From sequence record MK250019.1: 64,000 nt of DNA. One strand, written 5' to 3'. The notes under the pieces were generated by a model. The model saw only the letters and a list, made by a program, of their open reading frames with translations. It did no database searches and was not told where the DNA came from. This document shows, piece by piece, positions 14,322 through 25,890 of the stretch (position 1 is the stretch's first letter; each line of letters opens with the position of its first letter). The translations under genes were made by a program, and so were the position numbers.

Positions 14322-16238
14322 ATGGCATCAATTTATGATTTAAAAATATTCAAGCTAAACCGCCTTAAGTATGAGGAATTATGGAATGATGCTATTGCAT
14401 GGGTGAAAAAAACATACAATGTATCTGAACAACAATTTACAATGGCTTCACCTTTTGCATAGTTACTTTCTGTAATTTTACATCTCGGACGAATGATTTT
14501 CTATTACATAGAAGATTCAATAACAGGTTTAAATATAAAAACAGCATATAGACCTGATCAAATCAGAGGTTTAGCAAGATTAACAGGACATAATGCAGGT
14601 AGAGCAATTGCTGCTCGCGGTGCAGTTAAAATTGTTTATTATGATACTGGTAATCAAGATTTAAATGGTAATGTATGTTTCATACCAAATAGAACAAAAT
14701 TATTATGCGCGATTAATGGTGCAACATATACTGTACTATTTGGTGCTGATACTGCATAGATAACAATGACTGCTGGTAATTATATAACAGCAACAATTAT
14801 ACAAGGCACAGTAAAATATCAGGCTGCAACATCAACAGGTAATAAATGGCAATCATATAATTTTACTGAAAGAAATTATGCAGATATAGATGAGTATTTT
14901 ATAAATGTATATGTAAATGGTGAATTATGGGATAGAATAGAATCATTTATAGATGCTGGTTTTGATTAGAAAGCTTGTGTTGTTAAAACAGGTATAAACG
15001 GAGGTATTGACGTTACATTTGGTGACGGTAAAATGGGTATGATTCCAGTTGAAGGCGCAACTATTTATGTTGAATATATTGTTACTGATGGTGTAACCGG
15101 TAATCTTCCAAAACAGATATTAGATTAGGATTAGTATTTTGAAATACAAGGAACAGGTTATGCAACAGATGGTTCTGAAATTTCACTTGCTGATAATTTT
15201 AAAGTTCAATGTGATACAGATGTAATATTTGGTTCTGAGTCAGAAGATATTCGACTTACATAGTTAATTGCACCGCATACATCCAGATCATTTGTTCTCG
15301 CGAATGAAATTAATTACAGATATTTCTTTAAGAGAATGAATATGTTTTCTACAATAGAAATTATAAAAGGATATACATAGAAGCAAGCTAATTATATGGC
15401 ATAGCTTAATTATGATGTATATAATACAATGTATAAGAATACATTCAGCGACTGGCAAGATGCTGTTTCTGTATATGGAGAACAATCAGATGAAGCAAAA
15501 GAGTTATATAATAATTTACAGGATATATTAAGTAAACGTAATTTTGCACAATAGCAAATAGAAGATACAGATCTTGCAGATAATACCGTATATCTTTTAT
15601 TAATTCCTGATTTAACAAAGCGTATTTCATCATCATCTAATTATTTTACTGTTGATGAATCTGTATTTACATTATCTACAGATGAACAGAATAATATTAT
15701 TAATTTAATTGATAATTCAGGTTAGAAAATAATTACAGTAGAAAATAAAATACTTGAACCAAAAACACCAAGATTTGCAGTTAATACATAGGTAAAAATA
15801 TGGGAAGGCTATAATTTATAGAGTATATATTCTGCATGTTTAAATGCGTTATCTAATTACCTTATAAAGTTTACGCGCAAAGATATTATTCCGTTATCTG
15901 ATATTACTGCATTATTTGAAGCAATAGATGGTATCGATTCAGTAAAAGTATGGTTTGATGCAGACGTTGAAAATGAAAATATATATTGTGAAAGAGGTTT
16001 TTATGGTATTGATTCTTATGGTGATATTATTTTAACAAGAACATATCAAGATTATAATGGGAATTCAAAGGATGTTAGAGATATATTACCTTTGATACGC
16101 GGTGGATTTACTTCACCTGATGGTGTTGAATATTCGGATACACAATCATTAGATTCATTATCAGCATTTAATATGCAGTTAATAGGTTATACACAAAATA
16201 ATAAATTAACATTAGAAAACTTTAAGACAATAACATAA
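14322..16238 (+). CDS. Baseplate wedge protein (T4 gp6 / baseplate J-like), TAG-recoded, 638 aa
   Basis: SPFAQLL...LGRMIFYYIEDS and IDVTFGDGKMGMIPVEGATIYVEYIVTDGVTGN are typical of gp6-like wedges. Confidence 0.8.
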
Positions 16239-16243
16239 TAATT

Positions 16244-16618
16244 ATGATTAGAGAATTATATTGTAAATTACCGACGGATCTTGATTACGAACCAAAGGTT
16301 GAGTCTACTGATGAAATATTTAATCTATTACAATAGATAAGAGTTGTTCTTGGCACAAAACCTGGAGAAGTTTTAGGAACACCAATGTTCGGTTGTAATC
16401 TTGAAAAATACTTATTTAGAATGAATCTAGATAAAGATGAAATTCTTACAGCGATAAGATAGGAAATATTAGATTATGTATATTATGATTCTAATAAATG
16501 GAATTTATCTATAGATGTTTTATTCGGAAAAAATGCGAATGATCCATATGAATATGCATTAATAGATATTAGTATAAATGAAAAGAAATGTTTAGGTATT
16601 ATTGTAAATCAGCAATAA
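16244..16618 (+). CDS. Baseplate gp25-like protein, TAG-recoded, 124 aa
   Basis: LLQQIRVVLGTKPGEVLGTPMFGCNLEKYLF; 2 TAGs; absent from the track. Confidence 0.8.
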
Positions 16619-16633
16619 TACATTATAAATAAT

Positions 16634-16669
16634 AAAAGAGGATAATTCAGAAATGAGTTATCCTCTTTT
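16634..16669 (+). terminator. Intrinsic terminator
   Basis: aaaagaggataa...ttatcctctttt inverted repeat followed by a T-run. Confidence 0.75.
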
Positions 16670-16712
16670 TCTATAATAAATATCTAAAATAAAAGGAATA
16701 TTTAGAAGAACT

Positions 16713-16967
16713 ATGCCAAGATTTAAATATATTAATTCATTTACAGAGAAAGAAGATCATATATATGATGATTATAAAAACTTAGGTTATAACTATAAAC
16801 ATCATATATTAAAGAATGTTATATCACCTGAATTATTTGCGAATCCTATGAATGATGTTATTTTCAGACAAATAGAAAAATTATTTGAATTCCTTATAGA
16901 TTCTGTTAAGCAAATAAAATTGGCATACGCATATACATATCCTAAAAATGCAACAAATTTAAATTGA
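16713..16967 (+). CDS. Hypothetical protein in baseplate operon
   Basis: 84-aa ORF between baseplate genes; TGA stop. Confidence 0.65.
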   Translation: MPRFKYINSFTEKEDHIYDDYKNLGYNYKHHILKNVISPELFANPMNDVIFRQIEKLFEFLIDSVKQIKLAYAYTYPKNATNLN

Positions 16968-16977
16968 TAATTGAAAA

Positions 16978-19900
16978 ATGAGTAATATAGATCAAAGAGA
17001 TAAATTAGTTTTTTATACAGAAAAAGGATATGAAATTCCCGTTGAAAAAACATATAGTATTCAATGGGAAATAATACCACATGTAAAGTTAAAATCATAT
17101 TTTCTTCATAATCCAAAAGGTCATTTCATGTATGATATTGATGATACAGATCATATATTAACTGTTGAATTTGATAATAAAGGTTTATTTAATTATGTTG
17201 ATAATATAAAAGTTAATACTGGTATTATAAATAATGAAACAGGAAATTCTGTAGAATTTGCCATTAATAATATTACTGAATTAATATTGTTTAATAAAGA
17301 ATATACATATAAAAAATCAAAAGGAACAATATTTAATAGAAATGAAAAACGTTGGGAGGAAGATTTTGATGTTCTTAAGGGAAATATTTATAATACAGTA
17401 AGATTAACATTTAATACATTGGTTGGTTCAATTACATAGGATTATCCTGTAAATTATATATTCGAAACATGTACAGTAGAAAATAATAATAATTATAAAA
17501 ATTTAACTAATTTAACACTTACATTATTAGATAATAATAAAGAAGCGCTAGGTTAGAAAACATTTGTTAATTATCTTATTGTAAATAATTTTAATAATTA
17601 TGAAGATTTATTTCCATGTGTAAGGTATATAGGTTCAATTACATAGGATAAAGTTTCTACAGAATTCGTTGCTGCCAGCACATTTATAATATTAGATGAA
17701 AATGGTGATAGACCTAATTTTAATATTGCAACAGATGAATATTATTTAAAATTTGAATTTCAGAAAGATTCTGAAATGAAATTTATTTCATCTGATAGTG
17801 TTGCTAATATTATTTGGGAAGACTCACATGAAGTTAAGTCAAATATAACATAGGACGCACATAATCCGTTTAATAACGATACTAATACGCCAATATATTT
17901 TTCTGTTGGTTTCTAGACAGTAGTTGAAGGATGTTATCAAAATATAATGGCAATGTATATTGTAAGTAATAATACAGGCAAGAAATATATATTAGGTTTA
18001 TTTACATTCTTAACTGAAGTAGTTGGTGAAGACGAAAGATATAGAGCTTTATTAGGAAATCTAGGTATACCAGATCCTGTAAAATATCCAAATATATTTA
18101 AATCATAGGATCCTGATGAACAAGGAGTTGATTGGACATTAATTAATGATAAGTCAAAAGAACTTATGATTAATTATGATAATATATTCCCATATGTTGG
18201 AACCTATAAAGCATTAATGGGAGCTATTAAATTCTTAGGATACGGTGATTTAATATTTAAAGAATGGTATAAAATAAAAGATTAGAATAATAAAGACAGA
18301 TATGTAACTTTATAGACATATGATTTATAGAAAGGTGAATCTTTAAATACAAAGTTAAAGAAAATAGGTGTTACATACGGTGAATTCGAACGTTATAAAA
18401 AAATAAACAGATTATCAATGATATATCATCTTAATGAAATAGATGATGAAACAGGCGAATATCTTGATATGTATACACGTCGTCTCGATAATCCAGCAAA
18501 AGATAATCCTACAACTGCACCAGAATCTGGTTTATATAAAGCATCATATAAAGATACGCATCATTAGGATTTATCAGATAACTTTACATAGAAACAATCT
18601 GTATTTTTCTAGTTACCTATAACAAAAACTATTTATGAATATAGAACAGATGAAATATTGGCAAAACTCTTTTCTGTTAAATAGTGGTTGGAAAAATATA
18701 TTTTAGGAGTTAACTGTTTTATATCAGATATATGTGGAGAAGGTATAATAGTAGAACGTTTAAAAAATCAAGCTTATGTTACATAGCATCATCTTTAGGA
18801 TATTACTACAATATCTAAAGTAACACCAAAGATTATAAAATATAATCCAAATATATATGTTTCAATTGATTCATCAAATAATGAAATTCATACAGATACT
18901 ATATTGAATTCTTCTCATTTAAATTCATCAATAGATGATGAATGCATCAATGATATTTTATTTAGAAATTCAACAGCAATATTAAGATGTTCATTAAATG
19001 AATTTGATTCTTTAACAATTGGTGATTATGATGATTTCGAAATAGAAGATTTTATTATAGATACATCAACACCAAATGGTAGCATAGGAACTGTTTATAT
19101 TTCCGCACCATTGGAAACATTAGTAACTGTAAATGAATATCAATTTCAGTTAACAAATAAAAATGTATCTTCTGGAACACTTGCAGAATTTACAGATACA
19201 AGTTATATAAACAATCCTATTCTTATATAGGATAATGAAATCTTATTTTATGATGATACAAAGAATTTCACAAAAATTGATAATAAAGAATTGCCTATTA
19301 TAGAAATAACGCAAGGTAATTTAAGATACTGTCATGGTGATTGGAAATCTAATATCGCTTATTCTATAAATGTTGTTTCTGATTAGAAATCAGGAAAAGA
19401 ATATTATGCATTATATGAAACAGAAACAGATGAACCTGTTTATAAAGATTTTCAGAAAGTTATTTTATACCCAATGGAATCAGAAAGACATTATGATAAG
19501 TATAAATTATATTGGGCATAGAGAACTGATAAGAAAATAAGTTCAAAACACTATAATGGATTAAATTCTGAATTTATATATACATCTTAGAATAAGTGGA
19601 ATGTACCTCAGATTATTATTCGTAATTATAAATGTGGTAATAATGATGAATTACTTCCAGGCGATTATATTCTTGAAATTATAGAAGGACGTATATTATT
19701 CAGAAATAAACAATCTGATTTAAATATCAATAATGGTAAAGCATATGGATGTGAATTAGAATTCGGTGAAGAATTAGAAAGTAGTGAACAACCTATTAAT
19801 GTAAATTATACATATATGTCTGATAGAGTTCCTATATATACTATAGATTCTTTAAATGATGTTTCAACATAGGAAGGTATAGAAAAATGTGTACATACAA

Positions 19901-22392
19901 ACAAATATGTGGATGTTTCTGTAAATAGATTAGGTAATTATACAGTATCAGTAAATGCATATGATTATTACAATAATATATTTGTTAATCAGAGTGATGA
20001 TATAACAACAGTTACAACAAAACCTATAAGTCTCGATATTATTCTTAATGAATCAGAATTAGTTAATAATAAAGATTTTTATCATTATAATGCTAAAGGT
20101 ACTTATATGACTAATAGTGAAACTAATACATTATTTGATAGTATTAATAAAAATGGAGATTATCCAATTTATCCATAGACATATAGAATATATGATATTG
20201 ATCCTATTGTAGATAGTCCAAATACTATAGAATATGATAATATATCTTATGCAATAGATACACCTAAACCAGGAAACTTTATTATATTTAATAACTTTAC
20301 AGAACAAGTTTTAAATATAACAAAAACTAATGATATATATAAATTTACATTAGTTGATGAAAGTCCTAATAGAGAAATTTTACAAAATTCATCTCATGTA
20401 GGATTATGTATATATGATTGTATACAAAAAGATATATTAGTTGATATATATCCGTTTGAAGTACAAAAATTCTATACATTTGATTCTTCAATAGTAGATT
20501 CATCATATTATCGTTTTGATGCAAATAATTCTTATATAACAGTTAAAGACACATCTAATATGTTAAATGCTAGCGCATTTAAAGATATTTATGAAAAATC
20601 AATTGAATCCTCTGTTAATTCATCAATTAATTCATCTGCATTTTTTACAAATTCTATAAATGCATATGTATATACTGCTAATGAACATGTATTTGAACCA
20701 AATGATGAAATAATATTAGATACATCAAACTTATTATCTTATATTCATACATTTAATAAAAAACAGTATTTCATGAAGAATTAGGTTATCAAAATTTGTT
20801 ATGCAGATGAAACAGTCATACATAATGATTATACTGATAAAGCTATAGATAATGAAACTGCATATCGTATTATTAATGTTAATCAAAATGAAGATAAAAC
20901 ATTTACATATACAATAAATGGTTTAATAGATCTTGATAAACTTAATAATAAGTTATATCATAATAATGCATGTAGAGATATGAGTACAGGTGGTAAGTTA
21001 ATTACTAAAAAACCATATAAATTAAAAATGTGTCCAGCACATTTAAGAGCTGCACAGTATGTATTACGTGTAAATGGTTATGGTGAGGAATTTACATCAA
21101 GATATAACAAAGGTGTAGTTTAGAGAACAACTGTAACATATGATCCTAAATCATTATTATTTGATAGTTATCTTGATACAACTTATTCTGCATAGATATT
21201 TGATTATGATCCTAAATTATTATAGAATATATGGATAAATGCAAAACTTCAATATGAAGATGAAGCACTTTATATCTATAGAGATAAACCTGTTACAATA
21301 TCAAAAGGTAGAAATATTATATTAAGACCTGATACTTCATAGAATATATTATCTGAAAAGTTTAATGGTATAGATGTACCATTAAGAATTCATTGGAATT
21401 GGAAATCTTATATTATAGATGATCATGAAACATTTGAATCAGAACAAGGTTTAATAGATAAGCAAGTTGTATTTAAATCTGCAAATAAAATATTATCGAT
21501 TAAACCAGAATTATTAGGTTCTCAATCGCCTAATATGATATGTTGTGATGTATATGGAAATCGTGTTATAAATGAAGCAGATGGATTTGTATATGTAGAT
21601 GCAGATGGAAGTAATAATACTGTTGGTAAATTCGAAGAAGGTACAAGAAATATTATGTATAAAGATGTATTTATTGTTGGTTTTGATGTATAGTTTAGTC
21701 CATTAAATACATTATCTACATATGGAGAAACTGCAACATATACAATAAGTGAAACTGGTTCTTCAAATGAAAATACAAATAATATATCATTTAAATATAA
21801 GATATATTATAGTGATGGTACTATTGTTGAAGATAAAGGATGTAATTGTAATTTACTTACATAGAAAGGAAATGTTTCTAAAACAAATAAGGTTAAATTT
21901 ACAGTTAAAGAAGCAACAGAATCACATAAATCTAAAGTTGGTGAATTACAATGTAAATTAACTATTGATAAAAAATCAGATAGAGATATTATTCAACATG
22001 AACAAATTCATACATTAGATATTAAACAATATGGTACATCAATAACAACAAATATATATGATTTATCATTTAATGTAAAAGATATTCCGTCAGAAGGATT
22101 AGATAATATAGAAGAATATATTATTAGAGATTATATTAAAGATATAAAATATACATTAATAAGAAGTGAAGGTGAAATAGAATAGATAGAATCGCCAACA
22201 TTTGAAAATTCAATGTTAAAAATAAAAGGCTTTAAAATAATTCATAATCAACGAGGAATAACCAATAATATACCGGAAAACAAATCAGGTAGAAAAGAGA
22301 TAGGTATTTTACAATTAACAGTATAGTTTAATGTACATGGTATTTAGAATGATATAGAAACAACAGGAATGTGTTCTATATATCAATTATAA
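16978..22392 (+). CDS. TAG-recoded 1804-aa putative baseplate wedge (gp7-like) protein
   Basis: Single frame with only TAG interruptions in the lines I checked. Contains YVGTYKALMGAIKFLGYGDLIFKEWY. TAA at 22390-22392. Confidence 0.7.
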
Positions 22393-22393
22393 T

Positions 22394-22435
22394 AAAAAAG
22401 ACTGAAGGATTTTGCGATTATCCTTCAGTCTTTTT
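22394..22435. terminator. Bidirectional intrinsic terminator
   Basis: aaaaaagactgaaggat...atccttcagtcttttt; the stop codon of the convergent gene lies in the loop. Confidence 0.85.
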
Positions 22436-23131
22436 ACTTTCTTCAAATTTCTTTCTATATATTTCTTTTTTCCAGTCTTGTACTTTTAATGTAGTATCTT
22501 TAGTTGAAGTTTCACGTAAATCCATATTACTTTCATTATGAGATTGCTTTACTTCTTCATATGTAACTTGCTATGGTTCCTGATTTGTTATAGTTGGTTT
22601 TAATTTACGATTAACTCCATTATCTTCAGCAATAAGGTCTTCATCCTCTTTATGTTGAAGATCAAGATATGTATCAATATAGTATTTTCTAAATTGATTT
22701 TGCATTTCATTAATCTGTTTATTAAAATCTTTAGCAATAGACATTAATTTTGTATATGAATCAAATAATTTTGCAGATGTATCTCCTTTTGAAATTGTAT
22801 CCATAATTACTTTAATCATAACATTATTCATGCTCTACTGATAGTAAAGTTGACCAAGCTAATCAGCATCCTATAATATTTTATCTTTAATAATAGGATT
22901 TTCCTAATATGCAGCAGGTACAATTGTATTAACAATCTATTTAACTGATTTTAAAGCTTTCGCAGTATCTGCAGACATTACTTCTTCATGTTCAACAACA
23001 AATATCGGATCCGGTTCTTGAAGCTCATCAGGAATATCTGTATCTATATCATTAGCATCATAATTTCCTGGTTGTGATGAAGCAGCTGCAGCTAAACTAC
23101 CTAACTAACTCGCTATATCTTTTGCTTTCAT
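22418..23131 (-). CDS. TAG-recoded 237-aa helical protein (weak small-terminase candidate)
   Basis: ATG at 23131 (MKAKDIASQLG), extends track ORF 22571-22831 both ways, TAA at 22418-22420. Confidence 0.65.
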
Positions 23132-23152
23132 TTTTCTTTAATTAAATTATTT

Positions 23153-24250
23153 TTAAACTAATGTAGATATAAACTTTTGCATATTCTTATATGTATGTAA
23201 ATATTTTGGAGCAATTTTTTTATATACATAATGCATGTAGTAATCATTAATGAATGCACTTAATTTTGTTCCAAATGTTTTATAATCAACAGTATCTGTA
23301 AAATAGTTTATATAATTCTTATCAAATAAATCATTCATCTATTTAATTGTTTTATCAGATGGATTACATTCATTTAATGTATTTGTTATATAATAAAATA
23401 ATTTTATAGGTTCTTGTCCACATAATCCATTTATTGCTTGCGAATAATTACCAAATGTTTTATATACAATAGCATAACTGTAAATAAAACATGCATAATC
23501 ATTATTATTTAATGCAGGTGTTTTTATATATTTTAATATATCATCTTTTGTTGCATTTGGATTCTTCTTTGTATATGTCATCATATTTTGAACAAATGAA
23601 TGATACCATGCATTTAATTCAGTTGGTTGTGAAACATAAAGAAAATTCTTTAATGATTTATATGTTGTATCCTTCTTTAATAATGCTTCTTTTGTTTTTT
23701 CTTTAAATACTTGATTGTTAATATCAAATTCATCAGCTATTAATGTAATATGAAGTAATTCTTTTAATGGACCTCCAAATACACCCATTATATTATCATA
23801 ATAATGTCTAAGTTCATGATATACATATTCTTTAAGTTCATCTGTTAATTCTTCTTTATTACCGGTATAACCTTTAAAAGTATTATAGTTAATATAAATA
23901 TAACCACAATTATTTTTCTTTTTATCTACTGTAGAATCAACAGGTGAATAAAATGCAGCTTCATCATCGTCAATAAATCCTTGAAATTTATAAGATGTAT
24001 TAACTTTATCTGTATTTATATTAACTAATATAACTTTAATAAAACCTAATTTAGGATTATCTAAATCAAATGTAAATGTATGATAGAGAAAGCCTTCAAG
24101 ATCTTTCACATTAGGTTTACCTTTTACTTCATAATTAGTATCCCAATGAATATCAGAAGATGTCATAAATTCAACCATTGAATTTACAACATTATCTAAA
24201 TTAAATTGTTTCTAATCGATATATCCTATTTTTTCTGTAATTGATTTCAT
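23153..24250 (-). CDS. Zinc metallopeptidase-like protein (HExxH), TAG-recoded, 365 aa
   Basis: YVYHELRHYYD plus downstream PTELNAW. Two track ORFs and an N-terminal extension are joined by 2 TAGs. Confidence 0.65.
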
Positions 24251-24293
24251 AATAATTAACTTTATTTATAATGTATTTATTTCTATTAAAAAG

Positions 24294-24334
24294 AAAAGAG
24301 ATAACAGAATAATGTATAAACTGTTATCTCTTTT
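24294..24334 (-). terminator. Intrinsic terminator closing the tRNA/PTH2 unit
   Basis: aaaagagataacag...ctgttatctctttt 14-bp stem. Confidence 0.75.
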
Positions 24335-24345
24335 ATATCGTATTA

Positions 24346-24724
24346 TTACTTCAATAATTTTAGATGTCTTACATAATTTTGAGGAATCTTATAACATGCA
24401 ATTGCTGTTATTTGATTATTCAAATCAGGTTCTTTGAATACACTCATTTCTTCATCTTTACTAATATATAATCTTCTTTTCATTTGATTAATGAAGTTAT
24501 CAAGATCACATGATAAGTAAACTACTGTATCATTTTGCCATTCACTATTTGGATGTTCAATCAGAAACTGCGCTATTGCATGTCCACCTTGAACTGCTCC
24601 ATAAATAGGAACTAATTTATTACTTACTAAAACATAAAGTTTTTTATTTGTTTCTAATTCATGTGGAACAAATTGTTTTTTTTTTATTAATGATTTTTTT
24701 AATTATTAATTTTACTTTCCTCAT
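24346..24724 (-). pseudogene. Peptidyl-tRNA hydrolase 2-like gene, frameshifted at an A10 run
   Basis: KKLYVLVSNKL...VQGGHAIAQF...VFKEPDLNNQITAIAC is in the +1 frame relative to ATG 24724. The A10 tract is at 24676-24685; A9 would give a continuous protein. Confidence 0.7.
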
Positions 24725-25085
24725 AATTAGAAGCTTTATATTTTTTTATTAATTGCTGTATTCTCTTATAAAGATAATAATATTCATTAGTAAATGTTTG
24801 ATATGAAAACATATAATGTTTTTTATATGTTTCATTACAGTATACTAAATATTTTTTTTGTTCATCTAAATTAAGATTATGTTTAACAATATAATATGCA
24901 ACATTTATTGCATGTATATCTTCTAATGTTTCTTCTAACTTAGATTTAGCATTACTTGTTTCTTCAAGATTATAATTTTCATCTTTTGATGATCTATTAG
25001 CAATTAATTTTAATTCTTTTCTTTTTGCTATTTCAGATTTAAGATATTTCTTAAATTCAATTAAATTTTCATTAAGTGTTTTCAT
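24699..25085 (-). CDS. Hypothetical 128-aa basic protein upstream of the PTH2-like gene
   Basis: Track ORF, TAG-free, overlaps the start of the PTH2-like gene. Confidence 0.7.
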   Translation of the reverse strand: MKTLNENLIEFKKYLKSEIAKRKELKLIANRSSKDENYNLEETSNAKSKLEETLEDIHAINVAYYIVKHNLNLDEQKKYLVYCNETYKKHYMFSYQTFTNEYYYLYKRIQQLIKKYKASNYEESKINN

Positions 25086-25131
25086 TTTCTTCTTTAATTT
25101 GTTTTATTTTTATAATAGTGTAATAATTATT

Positions 25132-25200
25132 TTAAATCAAAAATAAACAAATTAAAGGTGAACCTCTACTTAATGTAACTTACCAATGTTGAAGTTTCAT
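25132..25200 (-). other. Candidate leader peptide MKLQHW*(TAA)VTLSRGSPLICLFLI*
   Basis: ATG in A-rich aaaattATG context; in-frame TAA at 25180-25182 followed by an RGSP-containing continuation. Confidence 0.35.
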
Positions 25201-25229
25201 AATTTTCTTTTTATCATTTTTTTAAAATT

Positions 25230-25319
25230 AGTAGAATGATAGAATTTGATTCGCACAAATTTTCCTGTCTTTGAGATCTCTACACAGATTTTATCGATTA
25301 TTAAACTACTATCTCTACT
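25230..25319 (-). ncRNA. Candidate structured RNA between the tRNA and the leader ORF
   Basis: Outer helix AGTAGA-GATAG / CTATC-AT-TCTACT encloses CTGT/ACAG and AATTTG/CAAATT stems. Confidence 0.3.
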
Positions 25320-25337
25320 TCTGTTTGCAAACCATTG

Positions 25338-25409
25338 TGCTCTATACAGGGATCGAACCCGTGATCTGGAAGTTTAAAATTTCCTGCTGTACCGCTTAGC
25401 TAATAGAGC
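25338..25409 (-). tRNA. tRNA with UUA anticodon (ochre suppressor type), CCA not encoded
   Basis: Acceptor GCTCTAT/ATAGAGC, D-arm GCT..AGC, anticodon arm GGAAA-TTTTAAA-CTTCC, T-arm ACGGG-TTCGATC-CCTGT, discriminator A. Anticodon at 25375-25377. Confidence 0.85.
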
Positions 25410-25486
25410 AATTAAAAAATAATCATTACTTCTAATAAAATAATGTAATGATTATTTTATTTTTAAAAATTAAACACTGTTTATTA

Positions 25487-25666
25487 TTACTTTGTCTTTG
25501 AAGCCTCAATAGACTCCTTACGGAATGTCTTAAGCAACTTCTCAATTGCAAGAGAAGCCTTACGTGCACGCTGACCAGCTGCCTTATTACCCTTCTCTGT
25601 CTGTGCAGTTGCATCTGCCTGGAAAGCTGCAAATGCCTCATTAATACTTGTCAAAATCTCATTCAT
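25487..25666 (-). CDS. Histone H1-like (Hc1-family, Bacteroidota type) DNA-binding protein, 59 aa
   Basis: MNEILTSINEAFAAFQADATAQTEKGNKAAGQRARKASLAIEKLLKTFRKESIEASKTK; below the track length cut-off. Confidence 0.8.
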   Translation of the reverse strand: MNEILTSINEAFAAFQADATAQTEKGNKAAGQRARKASLAIEKLLKTFRKESIEASKTK

Positions 25667-25682
25667 AATTGTTTTCTTAAAA

Positions 25683-25890
25683 TTAATTTTTATTTATGAT
25701 TTTATTATTCTCCCATGTTTTGCTCCAATTTGCATCTGTTTTTAAATGTTGAAAACGAACATATTTACCTACATTCTTATCAAAATCATTATAATTAAAA
25801 CTATCTGCATTTCGTACTACAAAACCTTCAACTTCTTGCAATTTATGTAAATCACAATAATCAGAGAATGCTTTAATAATATTCTTAATA
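25683..25890 (-). pseudogene. RNA ligase fragment 3 (C-terminal; motifs IV and V)
   Basis: NIKNIIKAF...EVEGFVVRN...GKYVRFQH...W; TAA at 25683-25685. Confidence 0.8.

Noticed and set aside
1-22392. Fragmented ORFs read as pseudogenes or sequencing errors
   Set aside because: The breaks are exclusively TAG, stay in frame and fall on conserved Gln sites, which points to recoding.
25338-25409. Reading the tRNA as Lys(UUU) or Leu(UAA)
   Set aside because: Shifting the loop by one base destroys the anticodon stem; UUA is centred on the GGAA/TTCC helix.
25432-25641. Track ORF MRHLQLSRQ...
   Set aside because: It is an off-frame overlap of the Hc1-like gene at 25487-25666.
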